Below, piece by piece: positions 25,112 to 38,066 of a DNA stretch of 64,000 nucleotides. Source of the DNA: Raillietiella orientalis (taxonomy: Eukaryota); contig JAYWIR010000066.1 in assembly GCA_036172245.1 (NCBI GenBank), positions 434,001 to 498,000 of the forward strand, written 5' to 3'. The notes under the pieces were generated by a model. It was given only the letters and a program-made list of their open reading frames with translations. It did not search any database and had not been told where the DNA came from. Each line of letters begins with the position of its first letter. The first letter of the stretch is position 1. Made by a program: the position numbers and the translations under genes.

Positions 25112-28100
25112 ATTTCAAATTCATGTGTCTATGATCCTTGTAACTCATCTCTAGCAAGTCAGTCATCCTCAGTAGTTACTGATTTGTCATATAACTCACT
25201 GGATTCAGAAGTGCATTCATCTGAAGCATTTTCATTGTATAATACATCTCCACAGGCAGTTCCATCATTTGTCCAGTATTTCAACAACAATAGAGAACCC
25301 TTGGGCATTAATGAAAATGGTTTGTTGGTTTTGCATCATTGCTATATTATGCGATTTTTTAGATGAATCCTTGATATCGTTTCAACAAATTCGTTTATCA
25401 GATAACCCTGGTTATCAGACAACTACATATGTACATTCCTCAATTAATTCATCCACCTCCACTGCCTTATCACCCAAAGAGTTTCAGCGAGAATCAAACA
25501 GATATGATTTTGACATTGACGCAAATCTTCAACCTAATTTTCAAACAAGACCTTCTGATTTATGTACTGTGTCATCATTGTCAACTGACTATGAAAATTC
25601 GGAGCGTTATGTTTCATCCTCAACAAACTACTTGGAATCATTCAGTTCAAGCATATCAAAAAATGACGCTGATTCTACTTTCAATGATTGTGAATTGTCA
25701 GAACTAAAGCATTTTGATGAGGTGGGTACCAGTGCAAAGTTCTGAGCAAGTTTGAACTACGAGATATAAATAACAATGTTATATTTGTTTTAGAATGCAG
25801 AATCTGTGCCAACTAAGTTTCCATTGGATTCTGATGATAAAGAAAATGAAGTGGACACCATCACAACAAGTGGACATATATTAAATGAGGAAGAAGTTAA
25901 GGAATTGTTGTCTAGTGTGAATAAATCTGCAGATAATGCCGTAAAATCTCAACTTAAGTTTACACGTGTCAAAAAAATTCAAAATGAGCTCCTGAAAAAG
26001 CGATTGATCAAGCAAACAGCTGATCAAGACAGTGTTGATTTACAAACAGAGGAATCCTCTATCCCAGACTATGAATCATCCAAGCATTCTGCAATCAGTA
26101 ATAACATTTCAGAGTTAACACTGCATTCAGCAATGCTGAAAAAAGAAGGTATGTAATTTGTTTTTTTGTTAAAAGTACTGTAAGCATCCGTGTTTTCTTT
26201 CATCATAATGCTGTAAGGAAGTGAGTGATGCCTTTTTCGTATTTTATTTTCTATTTTTAAATATTGAACACACTTAAGATTTAAAATACCAGTTTGCCAC
26301 TGACAAGGCATCACTTATTAGCATAATCCCATTCTCTATGTAGAACGGTTCTGAAAGCAATCAATGATTGTTATTGTGGTGCTTTTTCAAAGAAAGAAAT
26401 GCATAAGTTATTTGTGTACCTTATTATCTTTGATATGTAGTCTCATTTTTGATAACAAATGTATTTTTTTATCCATAAAATCGTAGCGTAAAATTTTTTT
26501 CGAGATTTCTCCGGAAATCACATAAGCTGTTCCTGTGCTGATTCCCGCTTTCGGAGTTATATATCAGTTGATTTTTTTGAATTGCTTAAATTATTTAACA
26601 AGCATTGTTGGTACGATTTTTTGAGGGGCACTAAATTATAAAATTGAAAGTGAAAAAAATTTTGCTTTCTTGAAGTTGGGATTAGTCAATATACCTTGTG
26701 GTCGTGAAAAAGCGTCAGTGGAAGTTTTGTCATTGCTGCTAACAGGAGTATTTTTAATCAGCGTGTATTCTATTGTGAAAATTCCCTAATGTTTCTAAAC
26801 TACTGTATTCAGTTTTTACAATGGAATCGTAAGGATACATGGTCATGAAACAGGTTTTCAAAAGAGGTTCAAACTTTTGTTTTTGTTTGAGACCAACGAA
26901 TATAATAAAGCATAATTATGATTTGAACTTTAGAAAGTGTGTTTGCATTGTTATTTTTTTATATATGGTATACAAAATCATATCGAGTTGTGCTGTTGGT
27001 AGTTCCATTGTATTTATGTTAATTAGACATGCTAAGAAAGTTTGCTCATGCTTCATTACTAAATGATAATCTATCTATTTGCTTTTCCAAATCTTTAGAA
27101 GTAAAAAGATGACTAATTTGCAAAATGCAATAGTTAACTATTTTAATTTTTGTTTTATTAATGCCCATGAAAAAAGATAAAAATTGATGTAAGTATGTAA
27201 GTATTTCTTAGGTTGAAATTTCAAATTTATCTAGTATCCTCCAAAATAAAGAAACTTGTATTCATGTTTTTAACGTTTTGTATTACAATTTATTTTACAA
27301 TGAATGTTATTTAGATCTTCAGAATGAAAAAAAAATTGAAGCTCTTCAGTCTTTTATTTCCTTACAACAGAATTCGCATCTTGCCATCAAAATCACTGTA
27401 ATTAAAGCTGATGGAACCACAGGTATTGAAAAATTCATTTGAGCTCAATATCACTTTTCATAAGAATATGGAGTGTTTGCTAAAAAAGCTATTCCTCAAA
27501 ACACTCAATTTGGCCCTATTGAAGGTGAGGTAGTGAAGTCTTCAGAAGAGTCTAAAGATGGAGCCTCACCATTCGTTATAACCATTTTGCATCCTGATGG
27601 CAATCATTACAAATTGGACATTTCTGATAAAAGTAAGAGTGCATCTGATTTGAAGTAGACCTACTCCTTTATGCAGCCTTGTTTAATTGGATATTATTTA
27701 TGAGACCAACACAAAATGTTGAAGAACAAAACATTGATGTCATTGAACTTGATAAAAAGTTATACATCCGAAGTATATGTCATATCGATTCTCAACAAGA
27801 ACTTAGATGCATTTACAACCATTCTTATGGAAGCAGATCAGAATTGCCTGTACAACTCGCATGCACTAGTCCACACTGTAAGAATTGAGTAGTGATACCT
27901 CAACAATTTAATGTTGTTCTTAGCTACGGAAAGCTCCAATATATGCTGGTCAGCCACAAATGGAGCAGTGGTGGAATCTTTCAAAAAAGTAATATAAACT
28001 ATTAATGGAATATCACCTTTCCTTTTTTTCCTACTAATTTGTATCTGATTGTATTTTTAATATTTTTTATTTTAGAATAATGAAAACGATGATGAGAACA

Positions 28101-31100
28101 AACAGAACCTTCAGCATGAGCACACCTGTGCGGAATTGCCTTTTGATGAGCATTTGGCATCAAAAAATTCTGATGGATCTCATGAAACAAAAAAGCAATG
28201 TATCACATGCATTCCCTCCCCATCCAAATTAACTGAAACATTATATGCGAAGGAAAAGTCATTGTTAAAGTAAGTGAGTTTTTTTAGAGATAAAAAAATC
28301 TGGAAACGAGAAGTATAAAAACCGATTTCAAGCGAAAATTGATCAAAATTCTTTTGGATTGCTTTCATTATGTACTTTATTCTGTCCTTATTGCATAGAA
28401 AATTTTTGTTTTGACATGAAAAACTAGCATTGCAATTACATATCAGAGACCCATTTAATTAAGTGCTTCAGTCATTATGTGATTTCTATAAATGGACTTT
28501 TTCGGTAACAGTGAAGGAATCGTGTATCAGATTGCCATAAGCTTTGATAACTTCCAGATATTAATCATAATAGATATATTTGTACTGAATTTTTACATCA
28601 AAAGTAGTGCTGTTATTATGATTGGTATTATGATTTTCATCAATTCTTTGCTTCTAGCTTGTCCATGAAAGAGTGGATATGAATTGGTGGTTATTTTGTG
28701 TTGTATCTGGTTCACACATTCTGTATGTTGTGTCAGAAGTTCTTATAATAGCGATTATCGTTACTAGTTTCGCAGTAAAGAATTTTCACAATTCATTTAA
28801 TCAAATAGCTGTGTAAGCATTCTGCAATCACTCCTTGTTTCATATGATTTATTTCTACTGTATCAAGTATTACCTATTGTCTGAAAGGCAACTTGAATTT
28901 TGTGAAAGAACGTAATATTAAGTCTGAGTTACTAGTTTCAAATATTTCAGTGAATATTTTTGTGCCTTTCTAGCTTAGAAACACCATTGGAAACAAATTG
29001 TAGTGTGAATGTTGGTATGCCTTCTAATCATCAAACTTTGGTAAGTATTAGACTGTATTATCCACCAAAAGATCTAAGGCATTTTGTTAGGATTTCGTTG
29101 GTCTCGAAATTTATCATCATAGTAGCAAATTTGACAATCATTATGGTACCAGTGTAATGGATGGAGAAATAGAAAATCCACCAGCAAAGAAATTTAAATG
29201 TTCAATCTGTTATAAGCATTTTTCATCTGGAGAAAGTCTCAAAGTACGTATTTGACAGAAAAAAATCAAGTCTATAGTGATTACATATGTGTGAGTAGAT
29301 TAAAGAATCAACAATTCATTTTTTGATGGGATTTATAGTGTATAGAAAAAAAATCATTGGTATACAAAATTAATGTTATCAGCAGCAGCACTTTACTTGC
29401 TTGTCTGTCATTGAAGAAATGAAAATGTTTAAAATATATAGTGAGGTTATTGGCTCTATGTATTTGTTATGTTTGTTTACTGGATGAGTTTGTTTTGCAG
29501 AAACATGCTCTGGTCCATGGAACAGATGATGCCAAACCACTTCAGTGTACCACTTGTTTTAAGCGTTTCTTGACTAATTCTGCTCTTGCTTGCCATGTGA
29601 AAGTGCATTCAGGTCTACTTTATTCATCAATACAAATGACTGTTTTCCTCTATTTTTAGGAAAGAAAAAAACTTACGAGTGTCCTTTGTGTTTGGATACA
29701 TTTGATTTGATCAGCAAATTGAAAGAGCATGTAGTTAGGCATAAAAAAGATGGATTGTATGGATGTCCAAAATGTGGGAAGGTAAAAACGTTTTGAGGAA
29801 CTATAACTTTAAACACAGTTCTAACATTTTCTAAGATACATGAGTACATAACAATTTTTCTATTTACATCGGTTTTCAGCATGTGATTCGTACAAACGTC
29901 AACAGATACCCAAGATACGCTTTTGCTTTAGATGCTGATATCCATAAAATTATCTAATGTTCAAATCATGTTTATCTGGAACAATGTTTTTTTTTTTTTT
30001 ATGATTGTAATTTAATTTCCTGATGTTGCATTTGATATTATCTTCCTGTCATGTGCTCTCTGTGTTTCACCTTTGATTTTGCAAGTTTTCTCTTCATGGA
30101 TAAGAATTTGTTTCCCTGGTTTAAGTATTCTGAGTATGAGCTATTATTTCATTGGCAATAATCGGAAATAAGAGATTTTTGTTTTTGTTAAATTTTCCTT
30201 CATCTATATCGGAAAGTAATGGTTTAGTGAAAATTTAAATCAGCTTTTCATTAAGAAGAATTTTATCAAGCAACTCTCAGGGAAGTGATTTATTTGTTTC
30301 TCGATTTTTAGAAGATCTCTCATGGAGCACACTTTAATTTTTGTTAGAAATCACTCACCAAGAGACTACCTAATTGCAGCATATTTACTGTTAAGATGAC
30401 AAAATTTCTTAAACCTGAAAATTTATAAAAAGTCGTTTGACCTGATGAGAACTTTGGGTGCATTTAGATTTTAAACAGAACTTGGAATCCAAATAAAGAA
30501 AAAGATATTGGACACATCAAGCTCAATTTTGTTGTTCCAAAGGAATGTTCAGTGTATTTAATGAGTGTCAATCTTTCCAAGATTTTTTTGCATCAGTTGG
30601 TTTTTAAGGATAGCGGATAGCTATAAAATTATCGAATGATGGTTGTATCAGGAAAACATTCAGTTGAAATCTTTCAAAAATCAGTCTAAAACCTCGCATT
30701 GAGCAGCTTATTTGTGTATTTGATATATGAGCAATTTTCTTCACAGGCATTGTTCGTGAAATGAATGCTCCCTTCATTTACTGCAGTGAATTTCATGAAT
30801 TTCGAAAGTACTTTTACATGCTCATTTTCCATATTCAAAAGTCATTCTTCAATGTAAATGATAGAAAATTAAACTGATACAAACCAAGGCAAAAGCCCTG
30901 GTTTGTACTGTCAAGATAACTCCATAAGAAGAATGCTCATTGCTTTTTACAATTTTTTGACGTTGTTCAGATCACATCTCTCACATTGTCACGAAAAGCT
31001 GTGATGAAAACAACTATGGAACGTAGTATGGTAAACAAGAATAAAAAGATGCTTTATTTACTGCATATACAAAACCGTAAAAAGTTACTCAAATGTGAGC

Positions 31101-33185
31101 ATAGAATTAACGAAGAAAATGAAATACATTTATGTTTTAAGTGCAAATATGAAATCCTTGTATGTCAAACACAGGAAATCATAAAAGTAATTTTCAAATC
31201 TACTGTATTTCTGTCTTGTATATGGTAGCATCTTTTTGCTCTGTTGAAAAACTTTATTGATATTCAATTAAACCTGGGAGGCTATTGGGTGGTATCATTT
31301 TACAGTGTAGATGACTTGCCAATGAATTGCATTTACGTTTTTGTAATTGGGTGAAATTCTTGTGTAAATGCAGCAATGTTATGTTTGCATTAGGTTTTTG
31401 ACAACTATTCACGAATTCGGAAGCATATTCGATCTTTCCATAGCAATCGACATTACCCTTGCCCATTTTGCAGCAAGATATTTGTGCAGAGCGATAGACT
31501 AAAAAATCATTTGCTAAGGTATGATTTTTCTTTTTCATGTACATGATTTTTACGCATACAAAAAATGCTTCAGATTTTTCATGTATGCATTCAATTTGAA
31601 TTGTGGAGTAATTTCGAATCTTTAATTCATTCTAATATTCAGGCATTCTGATCATCGAGAATTTTTATGTGCTATTTGTGGGAAACAGTTCAAACGAAAA
31701 GACAAACTGAAAGAACATATGAAAAGACTTCACTCAGCTGAAAAAGAAGCCCAGAGAGAAATCGAGGTCACTAATCTAGAGTTCAAAAGATCACTTAGTA
31801 AGGTAAGTTTTCTTTTTTTGTCGGTTGATTTCAGTAGATGAGCGTATTCCAAGGTGTCGTCATTGGACTATCACAGGTTCATTTACAAGTGCCATTCATG
31901 TTTACTTGGTTTTAAACGCCGTGGCATGTTAGTCAACCATCTTGCTAAACGCCACCCTCATATTCAGCTTGAAAGTGTACCTGAACTCAGTTTACCCATC
32001 CTGAAAACAACTCGCGATTATTACTGTCAGTATTGTGACAAAGTGTACAAGAGTAGTTCCAAGAGAAAAGTTCACATTTTGAAAAATCACCCAGGTGCAG
32101 ATTTGCCACTAAGCAATCGCAAAGTAAAGGTATCAGTTTTAAAACGAATGATTCTATGAACTCCATGATTGCCAGAGCCATATGGAAATCCCGGGCATTC
32201 CCAACCCCTCATTTTCCCAAACAGTTGGCAGTATTTCCTTGCAACCACATGGATGTCAGTGGTGCCATCGTCAGTATGCTTCCCGTGCCAAATTATTACA
32301 GCATCAGAGGAAAAAACATGTGAATTTCTTACCTGAACTTCAACAAGTGGGAAAAATTGTTGTCTAACTACAAATAACCTCTTTGCAAACAGATTCCCCG
32401 TAGTCGGATGAAGCAGGAAGATTTTGATGTCTCTAAAGAAATCCTAAATAATACTAATAGTAACAGTAGCAGTGGTAGTAGTGTAGAAGCACCATCGCTT
32501 AAACTGGACATGCAAGGTGATGATTCTAACAACACATATCCCATTGGGCTGGAAGTAGATCCTAGCTTGCCGATTCTACCAGGTCTGTTGTAAAGTAGAT
32601 CCTTCATGAAATACGTTTATGCTACAGGTTGTTTGTCTCCAGCAAACACTGATTTAGCAGATTTTTCATCAGCACCTAAGTCCAACCCAACAACTAGCTG
32701 TGTTTACAGAGAAAATCCAATTCGTTTTATGGTTTGTAATAGACTCCATGAATGTTGCTTGTATTGTTGTGTTGTAGCTCAACTCTATATCCACACAGGA
32801 TGCTGATTTACTAACCCAAGCTATGTCAGAGTTAACACACTCCTTAGAGTTCAAAACTGTCAGTGTATGTATCAATGGAACAGAGCACTTGTTCCGTGTA
32901 TCGCCTTTGGTGCCTGTTACTGATGTCCTCGAACCATCTGAGCTCACACCTCTTAATGAGGACGATAAAAAAAATTCTTTAGATACACAGTCTTCTTTGC
33001 AAGACAATTTGGACGAAATTGACGATCATTTGTATCAGAATCAGTTAAGGCATATTCTCAGTGATACTGGCTATGAGAATTTAAACCAGGAACTGAGTGA
33101 GCTTCCATCCCAAACTTCCTGCAGCCATGCTGTTTTGTCACTGACTAGAACCACAAATGGAAATATGCCTGCATTCGTGGAGTAG
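25112..33185 (+). CDS. PRDM10: PR/SET-domain C2H2 zinc-finger transcription factor PRDM10 (start codon not fixed; candidate upstream exon ~22982-23038)
   Basis: PR/SET motifs [20 protein letters not shown] and NWILFMRP. Nine C2H2 fingers after splicing, including [22 protein letters not shown] and [25 protein letters not shown]...[38 protein letters not shown], characteristic of PRDM10. Stop TAG ends at 33185. Confidence 0.88.
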
Positions 33186-33399
33186 TCGTATATGTACGGT
33201 CCTCCCATCATGGCCTTCATATACTACACTTATATTATCTTTATTATGTACTGGGGTCTTTGGCAACCTTCTTGTTAATAAAGAGACATGACCACGCATC
33301 CTGTCTGATTGTGAATTGTGTGCTGGTGACTGGAATATGGGCCTGGAATTACGAAAAGTCCTTATCATTAATTGTGATTTGATATTTTAGTTTCTTACA

Positions 33400-36300
33400 A
33401 CAAAGGGCATGTTTACAAATGTGCAGCTCTACCTGAAGGTATGTGCCAGAAGAATTGCATGCCGGCAGCTGTTCCAAAGTGTAGCCAACATAAACACTCC
33501 TGTGTCCAAATTTTCGTGTATAACAAGTTTCCCACGTGAACGAATTCAAATATCGCAAATTTTAGGGACTAGCAATGAGTCGTTTTCCAAAGTTGCTCAA
33601 TGTGGTGCATATATATCTCCCCAAGTGACTAATATTTTATTTCAATTCCCACAATTATTGAAGGAAACCTCAAAGAGATCAACCCTCTACATATTGGATG
33701 AAAACGTAATAGGTTTGTGCACATTGGGTTCATATTTGCAGTTTGATTTTCTCTACAGAAAACATCATCCATCATCTACAGTTGGAAAGTACGAGTTCTG
33801 CTTTAATTTTAATTGCAAGTCCAGGATCCTGTGAATTACCAGCACGTTTACTTCGTTATGCAGAGATACAGATGAAATTATTCGAACCGAAGGGCTCTTT
33901 CACCGACCTGGTCATGGTATGAATTTCCCATTGATAGGATCCGTGTATGAATTTTGGGAGTGGTGGCATGCCCGGGTTCACTTTTTGTTAATAATGCTTT
34001 TGACAAAGAGCGTTGCGCGATTCGGGATCAGATCTTCACTTTCTCAACTCTTAGCTTCATGAAATTCAGTTAGGTTACAAAGTATCGTTTGTTGCCTCGT
34101 CCAAATGTTTCCTGAAAGCCGAGCAAACCCCGTCGCTGCTGGCACGTGTGTCTTGGCATTAGGGGGTTGCAGCAGTTGCGTTTTGCATACGGTTCGGTTG
34201 TTTCACCCTGTGCAAAGATTGAAGATGAAATTCCTCTGTCGCAGAATTGCACTCACAAACATGTTTCTCGTTAAAGCAATTCCAGAATGAGAATTCTCAT
34301 CGCGTCAGTGTCATAGAGGATGACTACATGAATTTTGGCAAGAGATATTATCAGGACTTTATGGATGGGGGCAGCAGGCTCGCCGAGTGGTTTGCTGGAT
34401 TTACTGGTGAATCGGAAGAAGGAGGTATTTACGTATGCTGACGCGACGTGCAGCGAAAAATTCCCCTTTGCATGATTAAAAAAAAAAAAAAAGTCATCTT
34501 GAGTTTTGGCTTAGAATTCGTTATGCACTCCGTGATACTTCTAGGTAAGCAGTGCAAACTTATAGCTGCATGTGCAACAGGAGCACGCAAATACCTTCTA
34601 AACTTGATGATGGTATTGGTAGATGAACCGTATGGGATAAAATTACACCATCTAGAACATTACCTCTTTGTCGAAGATGATTTTCTCCAGGCAAGTGTAT
34701 TTTTTTGTGACATGGTAATTGTGTGGGGTATCTTCCAGACGAACCATTCTTCATATGTTTTGATTAATGCAGGTTTTCATATTGAGTATCTTGATAAACA
34801 GCCCCACTATCGTTTTTTCCCAGTGAGAGCAAGCGGCTACTCGCGCCAGAAACCAAGGAAGAATGTAACGAGTGGAACGGCTTTTGGTTTTGTAACTCCT
34901 TCGTCATGTTTTAGAAGCCGTGCAGTGAAGAATGGTGTTTAAACCTCGTGAAGATACGATCCCGGCCAGAGTTTTTCCAGAAGTTCCACACGTGCATCGA
35001 CTTGGGCAGACTTTTTTTCTTCTCCCGTCAGTTTCTTAAGTCTCCAAATGCACTAGTGATTCCCATGCTGGAGTAAGTGGTGCAGTGCTTCAAGTGTTGG
35101 TTCCAGTGTCGAGCAGGAAGTGGTTCCCAGAGATCGGGCCCAGGCTCATCTGCCGAGGCATCTCCATGCACACCAATTTTCGCGATCTGTCACCGAGCCA
35201 ATTTGTGGACTTATATCTGCACATTGCAGCTTTGAGCGATTTCGAAAGTAGTGCGTTTGTCGAAATTGCCGACGTTTATCAGCTTCCCCATAAAGCATTT
35301 GCCAGCGCGCCGGTTTGCTGAGGGCCAGGAAGACCTCATAAGGCAATGAAGCGCATTTCACGGTTCCCGTTCCATGCGGAGGAAAAAAAACCAGCGGGAG
35401 ATCCGACGAACGTATATAAAAAGAGACTTCTCGGAAGTGTGCGTGTGTGGGCATTTTGGGTATTCCCCTTCTCGTTCGCCAAGGAGACGTTCAAGGGATC
35501 GTTTTCCTTATCGCTGGTTGGTTTCTGCAGCCTTCCACCTAGACACGGTGTTTTTCTTCTTCTTCCTGACATTCCCAGGAAGCCACAAAACTGGCTTGTT
35601 GGCTTTTATAATGCCGTGTCTTCAGAACAAGCGCCTGTTGCCGTCGAAGAACTCCGAAAAGGGCTCGCACGGTGAAGGACGCGGGCGTGAGGTGCCACAC
35701 GGCGGCGGCGGTGCGTCCTTTCTTTGGAAAAACACACGTCGGTACACTCACCGTACGAGTTGCCGACTCCCTTCTCAATGAGGTGGCTTTTCGCCCGGTC
35801 TAATTCCGATGGTGATGCACTTATTGGGGCCACAAGCATGCAGTTGCGACAGTGTGCGGAACCAAGTAGTGAAATGTAGGACGCTGCAGCCCTACGTTTC
35901 GCGCCGTTTCCACGTAAGGCTGTGATTCCACGGAAAAACGGGAGGAGTCCAAAAACTGCATGTCTTGACGTTATGTGACCCGCTTGTGCTCTGGGCTGAC
36001 ACACGAATCCGGCTAAACCATGTTCATGACGATCTAAAGGCTTTTTCACCCCCCCCCCCTCCTCTCTCTCTCCTTTTGGAATGGGGAAACCCCAGCCGCA
36101 GAACCGCGTCTGCTCGGAAAAGGAAGATGTCTAAACGTGATGAGAACGCGAGAGACCCATTCCTCGACTGTGCGCTCTCTTTGCAAGAAGAGTACGGATG
36201 GCCACGCGCCACTGTTATGCATGCCTGGAGGTGCCCAAAGCTGCTGCAAACGAGTGCGCCTGCTGCCTCGTGATTGAATGCGTGTGTACAGGACACAAGG

Positions 36301-36450
36301 GCACTCTTGACCTCTCGAAAAATTCAAGGTCCAAGTGTACAAATCAGCCGGAGGATTCTAGTTTAACGGAGGTGAGATGCACGTGTGCGCGTGCAGTACC
36401 ATTTCACGTTGTACTCAAAGTACGACTCACGCTCGTCGAAAAACGGTCAG
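33400..36450 (-). mobile_element. Long decayed L1/Tx1-like non-LTR retrotransposon (ORF1 knuckle, APE endonuclease and RT remnants)
   Basis: In the expected order on -: LVCSSFGHLQAC (gag knuckle-like, ~36240), LINVGNF...AFGDL (APE-like, ~35280-35040), VNPANHSASLL (NYRPISLL-like, ~34400), MDDVF (YADD-like, ~33770), MQFFWH (~33460). Numerous stops and frameshifts. Confidence 0.55.
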
Positions 36451-36539
36451 TAGCAACGGCCCTTCACGTCGTGAAAAGTGGTATGTTGTTATAAGACCAA
36501 AGGTCACTTTCATGGTATTGAATTGATTTCGGTTTCCAC

Positions 36540-37300
36540 GTGAACGAACCGAGCGAATCCATTGATAATTGGAAACTTTCGATCGGGGGTTCGGATTCCT
36601 GTAGCGGTCCGAGGGAGCCACGGGCGACGAAGGGGAGTTGGCAGGGAGCTACGGTGGAGGACTCCGGGCAGTGCACGAAGGCAAGGGCTTCGTACGTCGG
36701 CTACGTTGAGTCCCTTGGCCCGAGGCAGCGTGGTGGAGGTAGAGCCTGGTTCGCCCGGGAAGGTGACCCGGCTCCGAGCTCAAGGGGATCGAATGGGGTT
36801 CGATCAACCTGTTAGCGATCAGCACGACGCTCTGGAGGAGTGACCTTCCGCCGGACACCCAGGACACCCTCCTGATGTTTTATCATGGAGGAATCCAGAG
36901 CGGGTCCAGGCTCGAGCACTTCACGCGAAGACGGGAAGATGAAGACTGCACGGCATGTGGAGACACAGATACGAGACTTCGCGTCTTGACGTGTCCCACA
37001 TTGCTACATGACTGGCTGATCCTGAAAAGGATCATAGGACTCATCAAGAAGGAAATCGGCATCAGGAACTGTGGACGACTCCATGCCTGGACGTACCGAT
37101 TCATCCTGAAGAGGATTGAAGACGACGCCCGGGACCAAATATCTGGAAATCCACCCTGAAAGCACAACTTGTGATACCCCCAAGGACTTCAAAGTGATGA
37201 AGTGTGGGTATGTTGTATGAATGTGATTGTAGAATGAATGAGATTTAAAAGAAAATAAATTTACCCCACCCCTTGTGGGTTTTGGGGAAAATCGAATGGG
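36540..37300 (+). mobile_element. LINE (L1/Tx1-like) ORF2 3' fragment with zf-RVT-like Cys motif
   Basis: WRSDLPPDTQDTLLMFYHGGIQSGSRLEHF...CTACGDTDTRLRVLTC, homologous to the copy at 40946-41130. Confidence 0.65.
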
Positions 37301-38066
37301 TTCGAGGAAGTCTCTCCCTGTGGATGCCCGACGTGCAGGCGCGAAGCGTTCGCTAAGACAATACCCAAGCCAATTCGAAAGCAGTTTTTTGAGCAAACCG
37401 CTTTCCAATCTAGAATCTATCGAATGATTGTGGTTTCAACATTCCTAAAAAATCTTCAATTCTTTATTTAAGCTGCCAAGTTTTCATAAATGACACAAAT
37501 TTCACCTGGGTTGCCCCAAGGAATCATTTGTATCAAGACACAAAATAAGAATAACTACCATTAAAGTTTAAACGATCCCAAGCTCAAACAACTGAAGATA
37601 AGGAGAATTTGAAACTACTAATTTCTCGATGAGAATGACTTTGTGTTTCTTTTTTTCTTTTTTTTTTAAGAAAAAAGTCTCTTTCACATGCCAAGAAGGT
37701 GTGGCATGTTATCTTTCAGAAGCGTAGAACAAAAGGGAAGCAACAGATCCGAGGATCTCTTCGAAAAGGAAGAACCCTTAAGTAATCTCATTCTAAAAAC
37801 TTTCCCCAACGCGTTCGATTCAGGAGCTTCCGAGCATCATTTTGAGTCGAAGAAGCCGAAGCACGGCCCAAGCATTTGGCAAGCGTGGTGGCGCACTGTC
37901 GGAACGCCTCAAGGCACCACGAAGCTGTGAAGCACTGCAAGACCGATGCTGCACCGCCACGCGGAAAAGTGACGTACACGCCTTCGGCTGAATAAGTATT
38001 TATTAACGTTGGTTTCGAACAGATAAAGAAGTAAGCAAAATGCGGAGCGAAAAAGGAAATGGACGT

